Assembly (NCBI GenBank): GCA_041484665.1
Contig: JBGPIA010000005.1
Location: forward strand, 128,001 to 192,000
Length of the DNA: 64,000 nt
Direction of reading: 5' to 3'
Source: Candidatus Krumholzibacteriia bacterium
GTDB taxonomy: Bacteria; Krumholzibacteriota; Krumholzibacteriia; JAJRXK01
Shown: piece after piece, positions 29,598-39,224 of the stretch
Position numbering within the stretch: the first letter of the stretch is position 1
How the letters are laid out: each line of letters starts with the position of its first letter
Translations under genes and position numbers: made by a program
Notes under the pieces: generated by a model
Database searches by the model: none
The model's input: only the letters and a program-made list of their open reading frames with translations
What the model was told of the DNA's origin: nothing

Positions 29598-29701
29598 GGC
29601 CTCTCCTGAGGCGCGGGGCAACCTCTAGCTTAGGGGAGGCTTGGCCTTGCGCCAAGCACCGCTTGTACACCGCGGCAGCCGGGATGCCGTAGACGCGGCG
29701 C

Positions 29702-31096
29702 TCAGCTCGCGGCGACCTTGTTCAGTCCGTCCAGCCCAGCCACCTTGTAAGCCTCGGCGAGCGTCGGGTAATTGAACACCGTGTCACGGAAGTAGTGCAT
29801 CGTCCCGCCCAGGGCGAGCACCGCCTGTCCGATGTGCACGATCTCCGTGGCCTGCTCCCCGATCGTGTGCACACCGAGCAGCTTCAGCGAGCGCGGATCG
29901 AACAGGATCTTGAGCAACCCGACCTCGGCGCCGAGCATCTGCCCCTTGGCCAGCTCCGCGTAGCGGGCCACCCCGACCTCGTAGGGCACCTTGGCCTCCG
30001 TCAGCTCCTGCTCCGTTCGGCCCACCATCGAGATCTCCGGGATGGTATAGATCCCATAGGGCAGGAGCTCCCGCCGTTGGATCGGGGCTTCGCCGAACAT
30101 GTGGCAGCTGGCCAGGCGCCCCTGCTCCATGGAGGTAGAAGCCAGCGCGGGGAACCCGATCACATCGCCCGCGGCGTAGATGTGCGGGACGGCGCTGCGG
30201 AAGTGCTCGTCCACCGTGATGCGTCCCCGCGCGTCGGCGGCCAGGCCGGCCGCCGGCAAGTTCAGCAGGTCGGAGTTCGCCTGCCGTCCCACCGCGTGCA
30301 GCAGGCCGTCACCCTGCACCTGCTTGCCGCTCTCCAGCTCGGCGACGACGCGGTGAGCCTCGCTGACGCGCACCGACACGACCTTCTCGCCGAGGCGGAA
30401 GACCACGCCGCGCTGGCGCATGCACCAGGTCAGCGCGTCCACGATCTCGCGGTCCACGAAATCCAGGACCGTGGAACGCTGCTCGATCAGCGTGACGCGC
30501 ATGCCGAGCGCGCTGAACATCGAGGCGTACTCGATGCCGATCACCCCAGCTCCGACCACCATCAGATCGCGCGGGATCCGCTGCGACTGGCCGAGGTCGT
30601 CGGTGTCGAGCACCCGCTCACGGTCGAAGGGGATCGAGGGGTCGCGCGCCGGCCGCGTTCCGCAGGCGATCAGGACATGGGCGGCCTCGACCTGCGCCTG
30701 CCCGGCGCCGGTGTCGACCTCCAGCGTGTGCGGTCCCACGAACCGCGCGGTGCCGTCGAGCACGGCCACGCCGTTGCGCTTCAGCTGCGCCCGCACCACC
30801 TCCGCCTCGCGCGCCACCACCGTCTGCACGCGGAAGGCGAGGTCGGCGGCGGAGATGGTGTCCTTCAGCGAGTAGTCCTTACCGTAGAACGTGCGTTGCT
30901 GGAAGCCGGAGAGGTACAGGATCGCCTCGCGCAGGGTCTTGGACGGGATCGTGCCGGTGTGCAGGCAGGCGCCGCCGATGCGGGCTCTCCGGTCGACGAC
31001 CGCGACGCGCTTGCCGAGCTTGGCGGCCGCGATCGCGCCTTTCTGCCCGGCCGGGCCGGAGCCAATGACAACGAGATCGTACGCTTCTGACGGCAC
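29702..31096 (-). CDS. sthA: Soluble pyridine nucleotide transhydrogenase
   Basis: GSGPAGQKGA, GGACLHTGTIPSKTLRE (single Cys), GFPALASTSMEQGR, FNYPTLAEAYKVA. Confidence 0.92.
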   Translation of the reverse strand: MPSEAYDLVVIGSGPAGQKGAIAAAKLGKRVAVVDRRARIGGACLHTGTIPSKTLREAILYLSGFQQRTFYGKDYSLKDTISAADLAFRVQTVVAREAEVVRAQLKRNGVAVLDGTARFVGPHTLEVDTGAGQAQVEAAHVLIACGTRPARDPSIPFDRERVLDTDDLGQSQRIPRDLMVVGAGVIGIEYASMFSALGMRVTLIEQRSTVLDFVDREIVDALTWCMRQRGVVFRLGEKVVSVRVSEAHRVVAELESGKQVQGDGLLHAVGRQANSDLLNLPAAGLAADARGRITVDEHFRSAVPHIYAAGDVIGFPALASTSMEQGRLASCHMFGEAPIQRRELLPYGIYTIPEISMVGRTEQELTEAKVPYEVGVARYAELAKGQMLGAEVGLLKILFDPRSLKLLGVHTIGEQATEIVHIGQAVLALGGTMHYFRDTVFNYPTLAEAYKVAGLDGLNKVAAS

Positions 31097-31460
31097 GCGA
31101 TTCCTCCCGGCGCAGGGTCCAGTCGACCAACGCGGCGCATTCTAGCACGCGCGGCGTGGCAAGGCGCTCCCCGGCCGCAGACGTCAAGACAGGCTGCAGC
31201 CGTGCGGGTCGTTCGCGCGGCCGAGGTCGATGTCGAGCGCGCGGCGCAGCGGCAGCGCATGGTGCAGCCTGGGGTCTGCCGCTGGGCCCAGGCGTGCCTC
31301 CTTGCGGCGGCTCCCACTCGCAGCGTACTGCGTACAACGTTGACCGCGGTCGTCGCGGCGAGGACGATTGCCGGCTCGCCGCTTTGGCGCTGGGCGCCTC
31401 GCCCCGGCCACGAGCGGCCACGGCATCTCGAGTCGCGTCTGGGAAGGGACCAGCGGCGTA

Positions 31461-32687
31461 GTGGACTCCCCGTCGAACAGCCGGCCGGACGCCGGCGCGT
31501 CGCAGAGATCGTCGCACGAGCGCGAGCGGCCCCGCCGCCTGCGTGAGCTGGCGTGGGTGTTCGCGAAGCTCGGGCTGACGGCCTTCGGCGGTCCGGCCGC
31601 CCACATCGCGCTGAAGGAGGAGGAGGTGGTGCGGCGCCGCAGCTGGCTCAGCCGCGAGGAGTTCCTCGATCTACTCGGTGCGACGAATCTCATTCCCGGT
31701 CCGAACTCGACCGAGATGGCGATCCACATTGGCCTGCGGCGCGCAGGCTGGGCAGGGCTGCTGGTGGCCGGTGCTTGCTTCATCATGCCGGCCGTCACCA
31801 TCGTCACGGCGCTCGCTTGGGCGTACGTTCGATTCGGACGCCTGCCCTAGACGGGCGCGCTCCTCCATGGCATCAAGCCGGTGATCATCGCGATCGTGCT
31901 CCAGGCCCTTTGGGGGCTCGGCCGCGCCGCTCTCAAGACCTGGGCCCTGGCCCTGCTCGCCGCTGGTGCCGCCGGCCTGTGCGCGCTCGGGGTGAACGAG
32001 CTGCTCGTGCTGCTGGTCGCCGGGCTCCTGGCCGCTGCCGGCGCAAGGACCCGGCGCTCCCTCGAGGCGGGGAGGCGCTGGGCAGGAAGCGGCGTGCTCC
32101 TCACCGCGTCCACGCTCTCACCGGCAGCGCTGGGCACGGTGGCCGGGGGTGCCGCTGGCGCGCCGAGCGTCGTGACGGTGTTCCTGGTGTTCGCGAAGGC
32201 CGGCGCGGTGCTCTTCGGCAGCGGCTACGTGCTCCTGGCGCTGCTGCGGGCGGACCTGGTGGAGCGACTGGGGTGGTTGACGCAGGGCCAGCTGCTGGAC
32301 GCCGTCGCGGTCGGCCAGATGACGCCCGGCCCCGTCTTCACCACTGCCACGTTCATCGGCTACGTGTTGGGCGGAATGCGCGCAGCCACGGCGGCGACCG
32401 CCGGCGTCTTCCTGCCGGCGTTCATCTTCGTCGCCGTGAGCGGGCCAATCGTGCCGCGTCTGCGACGGTCTACCACCGCAGGCGCATTCCTCGACGGGGT
32501 GAACGCCGCCGCACTCGCCCTGATGGCCGTCGTGACCTGGCAGCTCCCCGGCGCGGCGCTGGTGGATGGCTGGACCATCGGTCTCGCCGTGCTGAGCGCG
32601 GTGCTGCTGTTGCTCTTGCGGGTCAACTCCGCCTGGCTCGTGCTCGGCGGCGGGCTGGTCGGCGTCGCCCTCCCCCTCCTGAGGTAA
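31461..32687 (+). pseudogene. chrA: Long-chain chromate transporter ChrA interrupted by an in-frame TAG at 31848-31850
   Basis: AFGGPAAH, IPGPNSTE, then RFGRLP*TGALLHGIKPV continues in the same frame; second half LFGSGY, GQMTPGP. Confidence 0.85.
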
Positions 32688-32691
32688 TCCC

Positions 32692-33478
32692 GTGGGCGGT
32701 ACCGCTCTACGCACCCACGCATCGGCCTGGTCTTTACCCGCGCGGTCGTGGCTCGGTGGGCTGGCGATGCTGTCCGCGCTGCCGACGGCGGCCTTGGCGG
32801 GTCCGCCCTCCGCGACGGACGACCCCGAGCCGGTGGAGCTGCGCCACTGGGAGTTCTAGCTGGCCTCCCTGGTGGCGCATGACGCTTCCGGGTGGGCGGG
32901 GCACCGCGCCCCAGTTCGAGATCAACTACGGAGCCGTGGCAGAGACGCAATTGCACGTCATCGCGCCGCTGGCGTTTCTCCGAGAGGAGCCGGGCTCCAG
33001 CCGGCACGGCTACGGCGACACCGAGCTGGGCGTGAAGCGGCGCTTGGTGCGCGAGACGGCGACCGCGCCCCAGATCGGCGTCTTTCCGCTCGTCGAGATC
33101 CCGACGGGCGACGAGCAGCGTGGCCTCGGCAGCGGACACTGGCAGGTGTTCCTGCCGGTCAGGGTGCAGAAGGAGGCGGGCGCCTGGTCGACCTACGGCG
33201 GTGGCGGGTACTGGATCAACCCGGGCAGGGGAAACACCAACTGGTGGTTCCTGGGAGGACAGCTTCAACGCCGGCTGACGCCAAGCAGCGCCGTCGGAGC
33301 CGAGATTTTCCACACGACACCGAACGAGGACGACGGCGTGTCGGAGACCCGCTTCAATGCTGGCCTGGTCATCGATCTCAGCGCGAAGGACCACCTGCTG
33401 CTCTCGGCCGGCCGCGGACTGCACGGACCGAATGTGTTCCAGGGGTACGTGGCCTATCAGCTCACGCTTGGACCGTGA
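32692..33478 (+). pseudogene. Outer-membrane beta-barrel 'transporter'-family gene disrupted by an in-frame TAG (32857-32859) and a +1 frameshift (about 32898-32901)
   Basis: Signal-like segment, then AGPPSATDDPEPVELRHWEF*LAS... in frame 1, switching to TAPQFEINYG...GYGDTELGVK...PTGD..RGLGSG in frame 2; ends YVAYQLTLGP. Confidence 0.7.
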
Positions 33479-33548
33479 CGGCTGCGCGCCGGCGCCGGGG
33501 ACGCACGTAGCGTGCGCGCGTCACGCGCGTGAAGGGCGAAGCCGCGCG

Positions 33549-34328
33549 CTAGTCGAACCGCGCCTTCACGCTGCCCCACGAGGCGGCGGGAGTGGGCACT
33601 TCCCCGCACACGTCATGGTTGCGCTGCCGAAGCGCCGCAGTGAGAACAAGCTCGACCGCGCTCACGATCTGCGGCTTTACGGAGTCCAGAACGAAATTCC
33701 CGAGGACTGCGTACAGCTGCAGGCATGCGTCGGCGGATTGGAGTTCCGTCGGGCTCAGACTCAGCTGCACGCTCCCGGGGACCAGTTTGTACAGGGTGCA
33801 GGCGCCCAACGGCTCTGTGCGGACCCATGCGCCGATGGTAGCGGCGCCCAACGCGTAGCCATCGGCGGCCACCGTTCCGGAGCCGAACTCGCCGCAGAAG
33901 GGAGTCTTCTGCCGGACGGTGTGCACATCCAGGAAGAGCTGGGCCGCCGTGACCGAAAACTGGATCGAGTCCCCCGCGCTGCCAACGACGTCCACCACCG
34001 CCGCGTTCTGGCAACCGTAGAGATTGAGGGGCGCAGTGGCCGTCGCCGCCGGGGGGGCGGTAGGATTCGGCGGGGCGCAGAAGGCGAATCCGACGAGCGA
34101 CGCCTCGAACTGCACTCCGTTGAATTGGCCGCTGACCGTCCCCGTGATTTCGTTGCCCTGCAGGTTGTTGAGGGCGGTCTGCAGGTCGTCGGCGAAGCTG
34201 GCTACGGCGCTGTCCGGGGGCAACGCGCCGGCCGCGCCGCACGCTGCCAACGCCGCCAGCGCCAACGCCGCCGCCCGCAGCACCAACATGCCTCGCCGCG
34301 CCCGGGCCGCGTGTGGGAGCTTGCGCAT
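33549..34328 (-). CDS. Secreted Cys-containing hypothetical protein with C-terminal VP..SWGSVKARFD motif
   Basis: SD GAGGAG; hydrophobic signal peptide (possible lipobox LAAC); tail VPTPAASWGSVKARFD*. Confidence 0.75.
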   Translation of the reverse strand: MRKLPHAARARRGMLVLRAAALALAALAACGAAGALPPDSAVASFADDLQTALNNLQGNEITGTVSGQFNGVQFEASLVGFAFCAPPNPTAPPAATATAPLNLYGCQNAAVVDVVGSAGDSIQFSVTAAQLFLDVHTVRQKTPFCGEFGSGTVAADGYALGAATIGAWVRTEPLGACTLYKLVPGSVQLSLSPTELQSADACLQLYAVLGNFVLDSVKPQIVSAVELVLTAALRQRNHDVCGEVPTPAASWGSVKARFD

Positions 34329-34442
34329 CTCGGTCTCCTCGCTGCGCCAGGGCGCTGGAAGGGGGACCACGCTCCAGCTTGCATCGAGCATAGACGGCCG
34401 CGTGTCCCCACCGCAAGCTCGGGGCGGCCGTGCGCAGCGTCC

Positions 34443-35504
34443 TCAGGGCTCGAACGCCGTCTCCAGGCATGCCTGGGCGCCGCTGCTCAGGGTCAGCGTC
34501 GTGCCCTCTGCGACCTCTTTGTTCACCAACGCCAGCGCCACGGCGCCGGGGCCGTCGATGCGCTCGACAGCAGCCGCGATCCACCCGGTCGCTCGCCCGT
34601 CGTACAGCAGCTCATCGCCGGGCGCGGGTGCAGGGGAGAGTGCGCTTACCAGCACGCGCCGCCGCCGCACCTTGTCGTAATTGGCCAGACGCGCCACGAC
34701 CTCCTGCCCGATGTAGCAGCCCTTGGTGAAGGAGACGAACGGCGCGAGCCCGGCCTCCAGCGGATTGAGCGTGTCGCCCAGCTCGGGGCCCGGCCGCAGG
34801 CGGCCGTGCTCGATGCACCACTGGAGATAGGCGCGCTCGCCCGTGACAGCGCCGCCGCGCTCGCGCACGGCACCCGCCGCGCAACGCGCGAGCTCGCCTG
34901 CGTGCGCGGCGTGAAGCGCGACCGCATGGAGGTGCTGGGACCACGGCGCGGGCTCGCGCAGCAGCAAAGCGCCCGCGTTGCTCGCGTGGGCGAACCCGCC
35001 CGGCTGCGGCACCGGGCAGCCGAGCGCTCCTGCGACCACCTCTGCGGCCCCATCGCCGACTGCCAGGAGCGCCACCGCGTCCGGCTGCCGCTCGACCTGC
35101 ACGTCTTCGAGGATCACGTAGCGCTCGATCCACTGCGCCAGCGCCGCGCCCCGCCCCTCGCCGGCCAGCAGCCACATCCGGTCGTCCCCGGGGGCGGCGA
35201 CCGCCAGGTCCACGATGCGCCCCTTGTCATTGGTGAACACCAGCGCAGCCGCCTGGCCGGGCTGCAGGCCACGCACATCGGAGGCGCAGAGCCGCTGGAG
35301 GAGATCAACCCGGTCGGCTCCCCGGATCACCAGCAGATCCCCCGTTCCCCGGTCCCGCAGGGCCAGTCCCGACCGAAGGGCGCGCAGCCCCTCGAGCGCG
35401 GGCGCGACCTCCAGCGCCGGCCGTCCCGGCGTCTCGGCCTGGCTGCGGCCGGGCCCCAGCGGGCTACCGAACGGGGTCTGATCGCCCATCTGCTTCGAGT
35501 CCAA
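34443..35504 (-). CDS. ygfZ: Folate-binding YgfZ/GcvT-family protein (alternative ATG at 35489)
   Basis: KGCYIGQEVVAR signature; G.DR.DLLQ, KGRIVD, NPLEAGL. Confidence 0.9.
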   Translation of the reverse strand: MDSKQMGDQTPFGSPLGPGRSQAETPGRPALEVAPALEGLRALRSGLALRDRGTGDLLVIRGADRVDLLQRLCASDVRGLQPGQAAALVFTNDKGRIVDLAVAAPGDDRMWLLAGEGRGAALAQWIERYVILEDVQVERQPDAVALLAVGDGAAEVVAGALGCPVPQPGGFAHASNAGALLLREPAPWSQHLHAVALHAAHAGELARCAAGAVRERGGAVTGERAYLQWCIEHGRLRPGPELGDTLNPLEAGLAPFVSFTKGCYIGQEVVARLANYDKVRRRRVLVSALSPAPAPGDELLYDGRATGWIAAAVERIDGPGAVALALVNKEVAEGTTLTLSSGAQACLETAFEP

Positions 35505-35536
35505 CGGGTTGTGCCGCCGTCCGCCCGCGGCCTGCC

Positions 35537-35581
35537 TTGACGCCCCTCGGGGGTGAAACTACACTGATTCGTAGTGATTTC
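35537..35581 (+). promoter_or_regulatory. Sigma70 promoter of iscS with an overlapping palindromic operator candidate
   Basis: TTGACG (35537-35542), 17-bp spacer, TACACT (35560-35565); ACTAC-N8-GTAGT inverted repeat at 35558-35575. Confidence 0.6.
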
Positions 35582-35732
35582 GTGACCCGGCCGCCACGGC
35601 AGCGGGGCTGCATGGCGTCGGGCCGCCCGGTGAGCCCGCCGAGACCTCACCTGGCGCGTGGAGCACGCGGCGGGGTCAGTCGGAAGGGCGCGCCCAACCA
35701 GCGCCCGGACCATCCGGTCAGCGGAATGGATC

Positions 35733-36911
35733 ATGCACGATCGCATCTACATGGACAATCACGCCAGCACGCCCACCGATCCGCGCGTGGTCGAGGCGAT
35801 GCTGCCGTATTTCACGGAGCGCTTCGGCAATGCCGCGAGCCAGCACCTGTACGGCTGGGAGGCGCAGGAGGCGGTGGAGCGCGCCGCGCACGAGGTGGCC
35901 GCGCTGCTGGGCGTCGATGCCAAGGAGATTGTGTTCACCAGCGGCGCCACCGAGAGCAACAACCTGGCAGTCTGGGGCGCGATGGAGGCGGCTCGTGCGC
36001 GCGGCCGCCACTTCGTGACGACTGCCATCGAGCATCCCTCGGTGCTGGAGGTGGCCGCGCAGCTGCAGGAGCAGGGTTGCGAGGTGACCTACGTGCCGGC
36101 GGACCGTTCCGGCGTGGTCGACTCCGCTGCCGTGACCGCCGCCCTGCGTGCGGACACGGTCCTGTGCTCGGTGATGTGGGCCAACAACGAAATCGGGACG
36201 CTCCAGCCGGTGGAGGCGATCGCTGCCGCGTGCCGCGAGCGCGGCGTGCTCTTCCATACCGACGCCGTGCAGGCCGCAGGCAAGGTTCCCATCGCTGCCG
36301 CCGCGCGCGAGCTGGATCTCATCTCCATCAGCGGTCACAAAATGTGCGGACCCAAGGGCATCGGCGCCCTGAGCGTCCGCCGGCGCCGGCCCAAGGTGCA
36401 CCTCGCGCCGCGGACCTTCGGCGGCGGACAGCAGAGAGGGCTGCGCGCGGGCACGCTCCCCGTCCCCCTGATCGTGGGGCTGGGCGAGGCCTGCACGCTC
36501 TGCGCGCGCGAGCTGGATGCCGAGGCGGCGCGCGTGGGCGGTCTGCGCGACCGGCTGTGGAGCCAGCTCAGCGTGAGTCTGGACGGCGTGCGGCTCAACG
36601 GCGATCTCAAGCGGCGCCTGCCCGGAAACCTCAACGTGAGCTTCGCCGGCGTGGAGGCCGAGGCGCTCTTGCTGGAGCTGAAGTGGATCGCGCTCAGCAG
36701 CGGCTCCGCGTGCGCCTCCGCCGAGCACAAGCCCAGCCACGTGCTGCTCGCGATCGGGCTCAGCGCGGAAGAGGCGCACTCCAGCATGCGCTTCGGGCTG
36801 GGGCGATTCACCACCGCGCAGGAGGTCGAGCGCGTGGCCGACGCGGTGGTCCAGACCGTCACGAGGATGCGCGAGACCTCGCCGCTGGCAGGGCGGGTCG
36901 TTCGCTCGTAA
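35733..36911 (+). CDS. iscS: Cysteine desulfurase, IscS/NifS class I
   Basis: YMDNHAST, FTSGATESNN, HTDAVQ, SGHK (PLP Lys), SSGSAC, RFGLGRFTT. Confidence 0.93.
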   Translation: MHDRIYMDNHASTPTDPRVVEAMLPYFTERFGNAASQHLYGWEAQEAVERAAHEVAALLGVDAKEIVFTSGATESNNLAVWGAMEAARARGRHFVTTAIEHPSVLEVAAQLQEQGCEVTYVPADRSGVVDSAAVTAALRADTVLCSVMWANNEIGTLQPVEAIAAACRERGVLFHTDAVQAAGKVPIAAAARELDLISISGHKMCGPKGIGALSVRRRRPKVHLAPRTFGGGQQRGLRAGTLPVPLIVGLGEACTLCARELDAEAARVGGLRDRLWSQLSVSLDGVRLNGDLKRRLPGNLNVSFAGVEAEALLLELKWIALSSGSACASAEHKPSHVLLAIGLSAEEAHSSMRFGLGRFTTAQEVERVADAVVQTVTRMRETSPLAGRVVRS

Positions 36912-36926
36912 CCGCAGGAGGAACCG

Positions 36927-37256
36927 ATGATCGTCGTGACTGACAAGGCGGCCGCCGCGGCCCTGGCGGCTCTGCGGGAAGAGGGCGCCGACCCGTCGCA
37001 GCGGTTCCTGCGGGTGGCGATCCAGGGGGGCGGCTGCTCCGGGCTCAACTACAAACTCAACTTCGACTCCCAGCCGCGCGAGGGGGACGAGGTCCTGACC
37101 CTCGGCGAGCTGCGGGTGGCCGTCGACCCCAAGAGCCTGCTCTTCCTCGAAGGCATGACGCTGGATTACTCGGCGGGTCTCAACGGCAAGGGGTTCGTCT
37201 TCAACAATCCCAACGCCACGGGCACCTGCGGCTGCGGGCAGTCGTTCAAGGTCTGA
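36927..37256 (+). CDS. iscA: A-type Fe-S carrier (IscA/ErpA/HesB family)
   Basis: GGGCSG and [14 protein letters not shown]. Confidence 0.92.
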   Translation: MIVVTDKAAAAALAALREEGADPSQRFLRVAIQGGGCSGLNYKLNFDSQPREGDEVLTLGELRVAVDPKSLLFLEGMTLDYSAGLNGKGFVFNNPNATGTCGCGQSFKV

Positions 37257-37457
37257 CCGCCCAGGGCCACGGCAATTGCGCGACCCATCTGGGGCGCAGA
37301 CCAACGCCGGGCACGACAGGAGGCGCGCGGATGCGGGCCCCCTGCGCGTATGTGGTCCTTGCGTGCCCCGCGAGCGGGTGAAACAATCATCGAGGCCACC
37401 GGTCGGCTCCCTCTCGCCGGGGTGCACAGTCGACGTACCCAGCCCAATGGAGTGACC

Positions 37458-39224
37458 ATGCGATTCTCGGTACGCCATCAGCGACTGCACGAGGCGGCCG
37501 CCGACGTCCTGGTCGTCGGCGTCCATGGCGTGACCCAGTCTCCCGACGGGGAGCTCGCCTCGCTCGACCGCCGCGCCCGCGGCGGGCTGTCGGAGGCTTT
37601 CGGCTTCGGCGATTTCAAGGGGAAGGAAGGCCAGCTGGCCTGGGTGCCGGTGCAGCGCCTCCCGTTCAAGCGCGTGCTGTTGGCCGGCCTGGGAGCGGCG
37701 AAGGACCTGAAGACCGAAACGGTCCGCACCGCGATGGGGACCGTGTCCATAGCGGCGCGCCGTGCCGGCGTGCGCCGGCTGGCGGTGACGCTCCCGACTG
37801 CCGCAACGTTCGAACCGGCCGTCATGGCCTGCGCGATCGCCGAAGGCCTCGTGCTGGGCTCGTACGATCCCGAGGCCTTCAAGACCAAGGGCCGCGCAGA
37901 GAAGGGCCGCCCCGCGGACCGCGTGCTCCTGATCGTGGCCGACACCACAGACGTCCCAGGGGTCCAGGAAGGCGCCCGCCGCGGCGCAGCGTATGCGCAC
38001 GCCACCAACTTCGTCCGCGATCTCGGCAATCGCCCGTCCAACGTGCTCACGCCGCCGCAGCTCGCGGCCGCGGCGCGCGAGATGGCGGCGCGCTACAAGG
38101 GGAGCGTGACCTGCACCGTGTGGGGTCCGCGCGAGATGGAGCAGCACCGCATGGGCGGCATCCTGGGCGTGGGGCGCGGTAGCGCCGAGCCCAGCCAGTT
38201 CATCCAGCTCGAGTACCGGCCGAGGGGTGCAGGCGCCTCCCTGCCAAAGATCGCCTTCGTGGGCAAGGGCCTCACCTTTGATACCGGCGGGATCAGCCTC
38301 AAGCCGGCCGCCAGCATGGACCTGATGAAGATGGACATGTGCGGAGCGGGAGCCGTGCTGGGCGCGATCCAGATCCTGGCGGAGCTGCAGTTGCGCGTGC
38401 ACGTCCTGGGCTACATCGCCGCCGCCGAGAACATGCCCGACGGCAGGGCGATCAAGCCAGGCGACCTGCTCACGATGATGAACGGGATGACAGTCGAGGT
38501 GAACAACACGGACGCGGAGGGTCGGCTGGTGCTGGCCGACGCGCTGCACCACGCCACGCGGCAGAAGCCGGCGTTCATCGTGGACGTGGCGACGCTGACG
38601 GGCGCCTGCCAGATCGCCCTGGGTGACGCCGCCTGCGGGCTCATGAGCGAGGACGACGATCTGGTCGCGCTCATCGAGCGCGCGGCGCTCGACGTCGACG
38701 AGCCGGTCTGGCGGCTGCCGCTGAACGACTCCCATCGCAAGCGGATGGAGGGCCACGTCGCCGACCTGAAGAACACGGGGGCCAAGGAGGGCGGGGCGCT
38801 GACTGCGGCGGGCTTCCTGAGCTACTTCACGCGCGGGTCGCGGTGGGCGCACCTGGACATCGCGGGCATGGCGTGGGCCGAGGAGACACGCCCGTGCTTT
38901 CCCAAGGGCGCGACCGGCTACGGGGCGCGGCTGCTGGCGGCCATCGCCGAGCAGGCAGCGGCGAGCCTGCCGTCGGCGGTGAGCGCTCCGGCCACGCGGC
39001 GCAAGTCGCCGGCCCCGCGAAGGAGAGCCGCAGCGCGCTTGAAAGTCGCCGCGAAGGACGCGCCGAGAGCGACCTCGAAGGCGGCCCCGAAGGTCGCGCG
39101 GAAAGCAGCCCCGGACGCCGCGCGGAAGGCAGCCCCGGACGCCGCGCGGAAGGCAGCGCCGGCCGCCCCCGGCGCAGCTACCCCCGCCCGACGCGGCCGG
39201 GGTAAACCTGCAGCGCGGCGGTGA
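37458..39224 (+). CDS. pepA: Leucyl aminopeptidase (M17) with a basic Lys/Ala/Pro/Arg C-terminal tail
   Basis: VGKGLTFDTGG, MKMDM, NTDAEGRLVLADA, ATLTGA, WAHLDIAG. Confidence 0.93.
   Translation: MRFSVRHQRLHEAAADVLVVGVHGVTQSPDGELASLDRRARGGLSEAFGFGDFKGKEGQLAWVPVQRLPFKRVLLAGLGAAKDLKTETVRTAMGTVSIAARRAGVRRLAVTLPTAATFEPAVMACAIAEGLVLGSYDPEAFKTKGRAEKGRPADRVLLIVADTTDVPGVQEGARRGAAYAHATNFVRDLGNRPSNVLTPPQLAAAAREMAARYKGSVTCTVWGPREMEQHRMGGILGVGRGSAEPSQFIQLEYRPRGAGASLPKIAFVGKGLTFDTGGISLKPAASMDLMKMDMCGAGAVLGAIQILAELQLRVHVLGYIAAAENMPDGRAIKPGDLLTMMNGMTVEVNNTDAEGRLVLADALHHATRQKPAFIVDVATLTGACQIALGDAACGLMSEDDDLVALIERAALDVDEPVWRLPLNDSHRKRMEGHVADLKNTGAKEGGALTAAGFLSYFTRGSRWAHLDIAGMAWAEETRPCFPKGATGYGARLLAAIAEQAAASLPSAVSAPATRRKSPAPRRRAAARLKVAAKDAPRATSKAAPKVARKAAPDAARKAAPDAARKAAPAAPGAATPARRGRGKPAARR
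39052..39170 (+). repeat. 24-bp coding tandem repeat (KAAPDAAR-like, about 5 units) in the PepA tail
   Basis: AA(A/G)GCAGCCCCGGACGCCGCGCGG repeated; peptide KDAPRATS-KAAPKVAR-KAAPDAAR-KAAPDAAR-KAAP. Confidence 0.8.

Noticed and set aside
29702..31096. Dihydrolipoamide dehydrogenase or glutathione reductase call
   Set aside because: It lacks the CxxxxC redox pair (reads CLHTGT), which fits SthA
31461..32687. Natural short-chain CHR gene pair
   Set aside because: The stop falls inside the first CHR domain, and the conserved sequence continues in frame immediately after it
31553..33478. 641-aa ORF as a single protein
   Set aside because: The first ~450 aa are an off-frame read of chrA and the following sequence; only the part after about 32902 is the real, frameshifted beta-barrel sequence
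15560..34400. Prophage, ICE or integron in the accessory-looking region
   Set aside because: No integrase, transposase, phage genes, tRNA target or repeated attC-like sites recognised
35718..38852. Very long ORFs overlapping recognised genes (e.g. 1044 aa at 35718-38852 minus, 968 aa at 55856-58762, 772 aa at 51974-54292, 709 aa at 3620-5749)
   Set aside because: Antisense shadows of well-recognised genes, expected at high GC; they carry no family motifs
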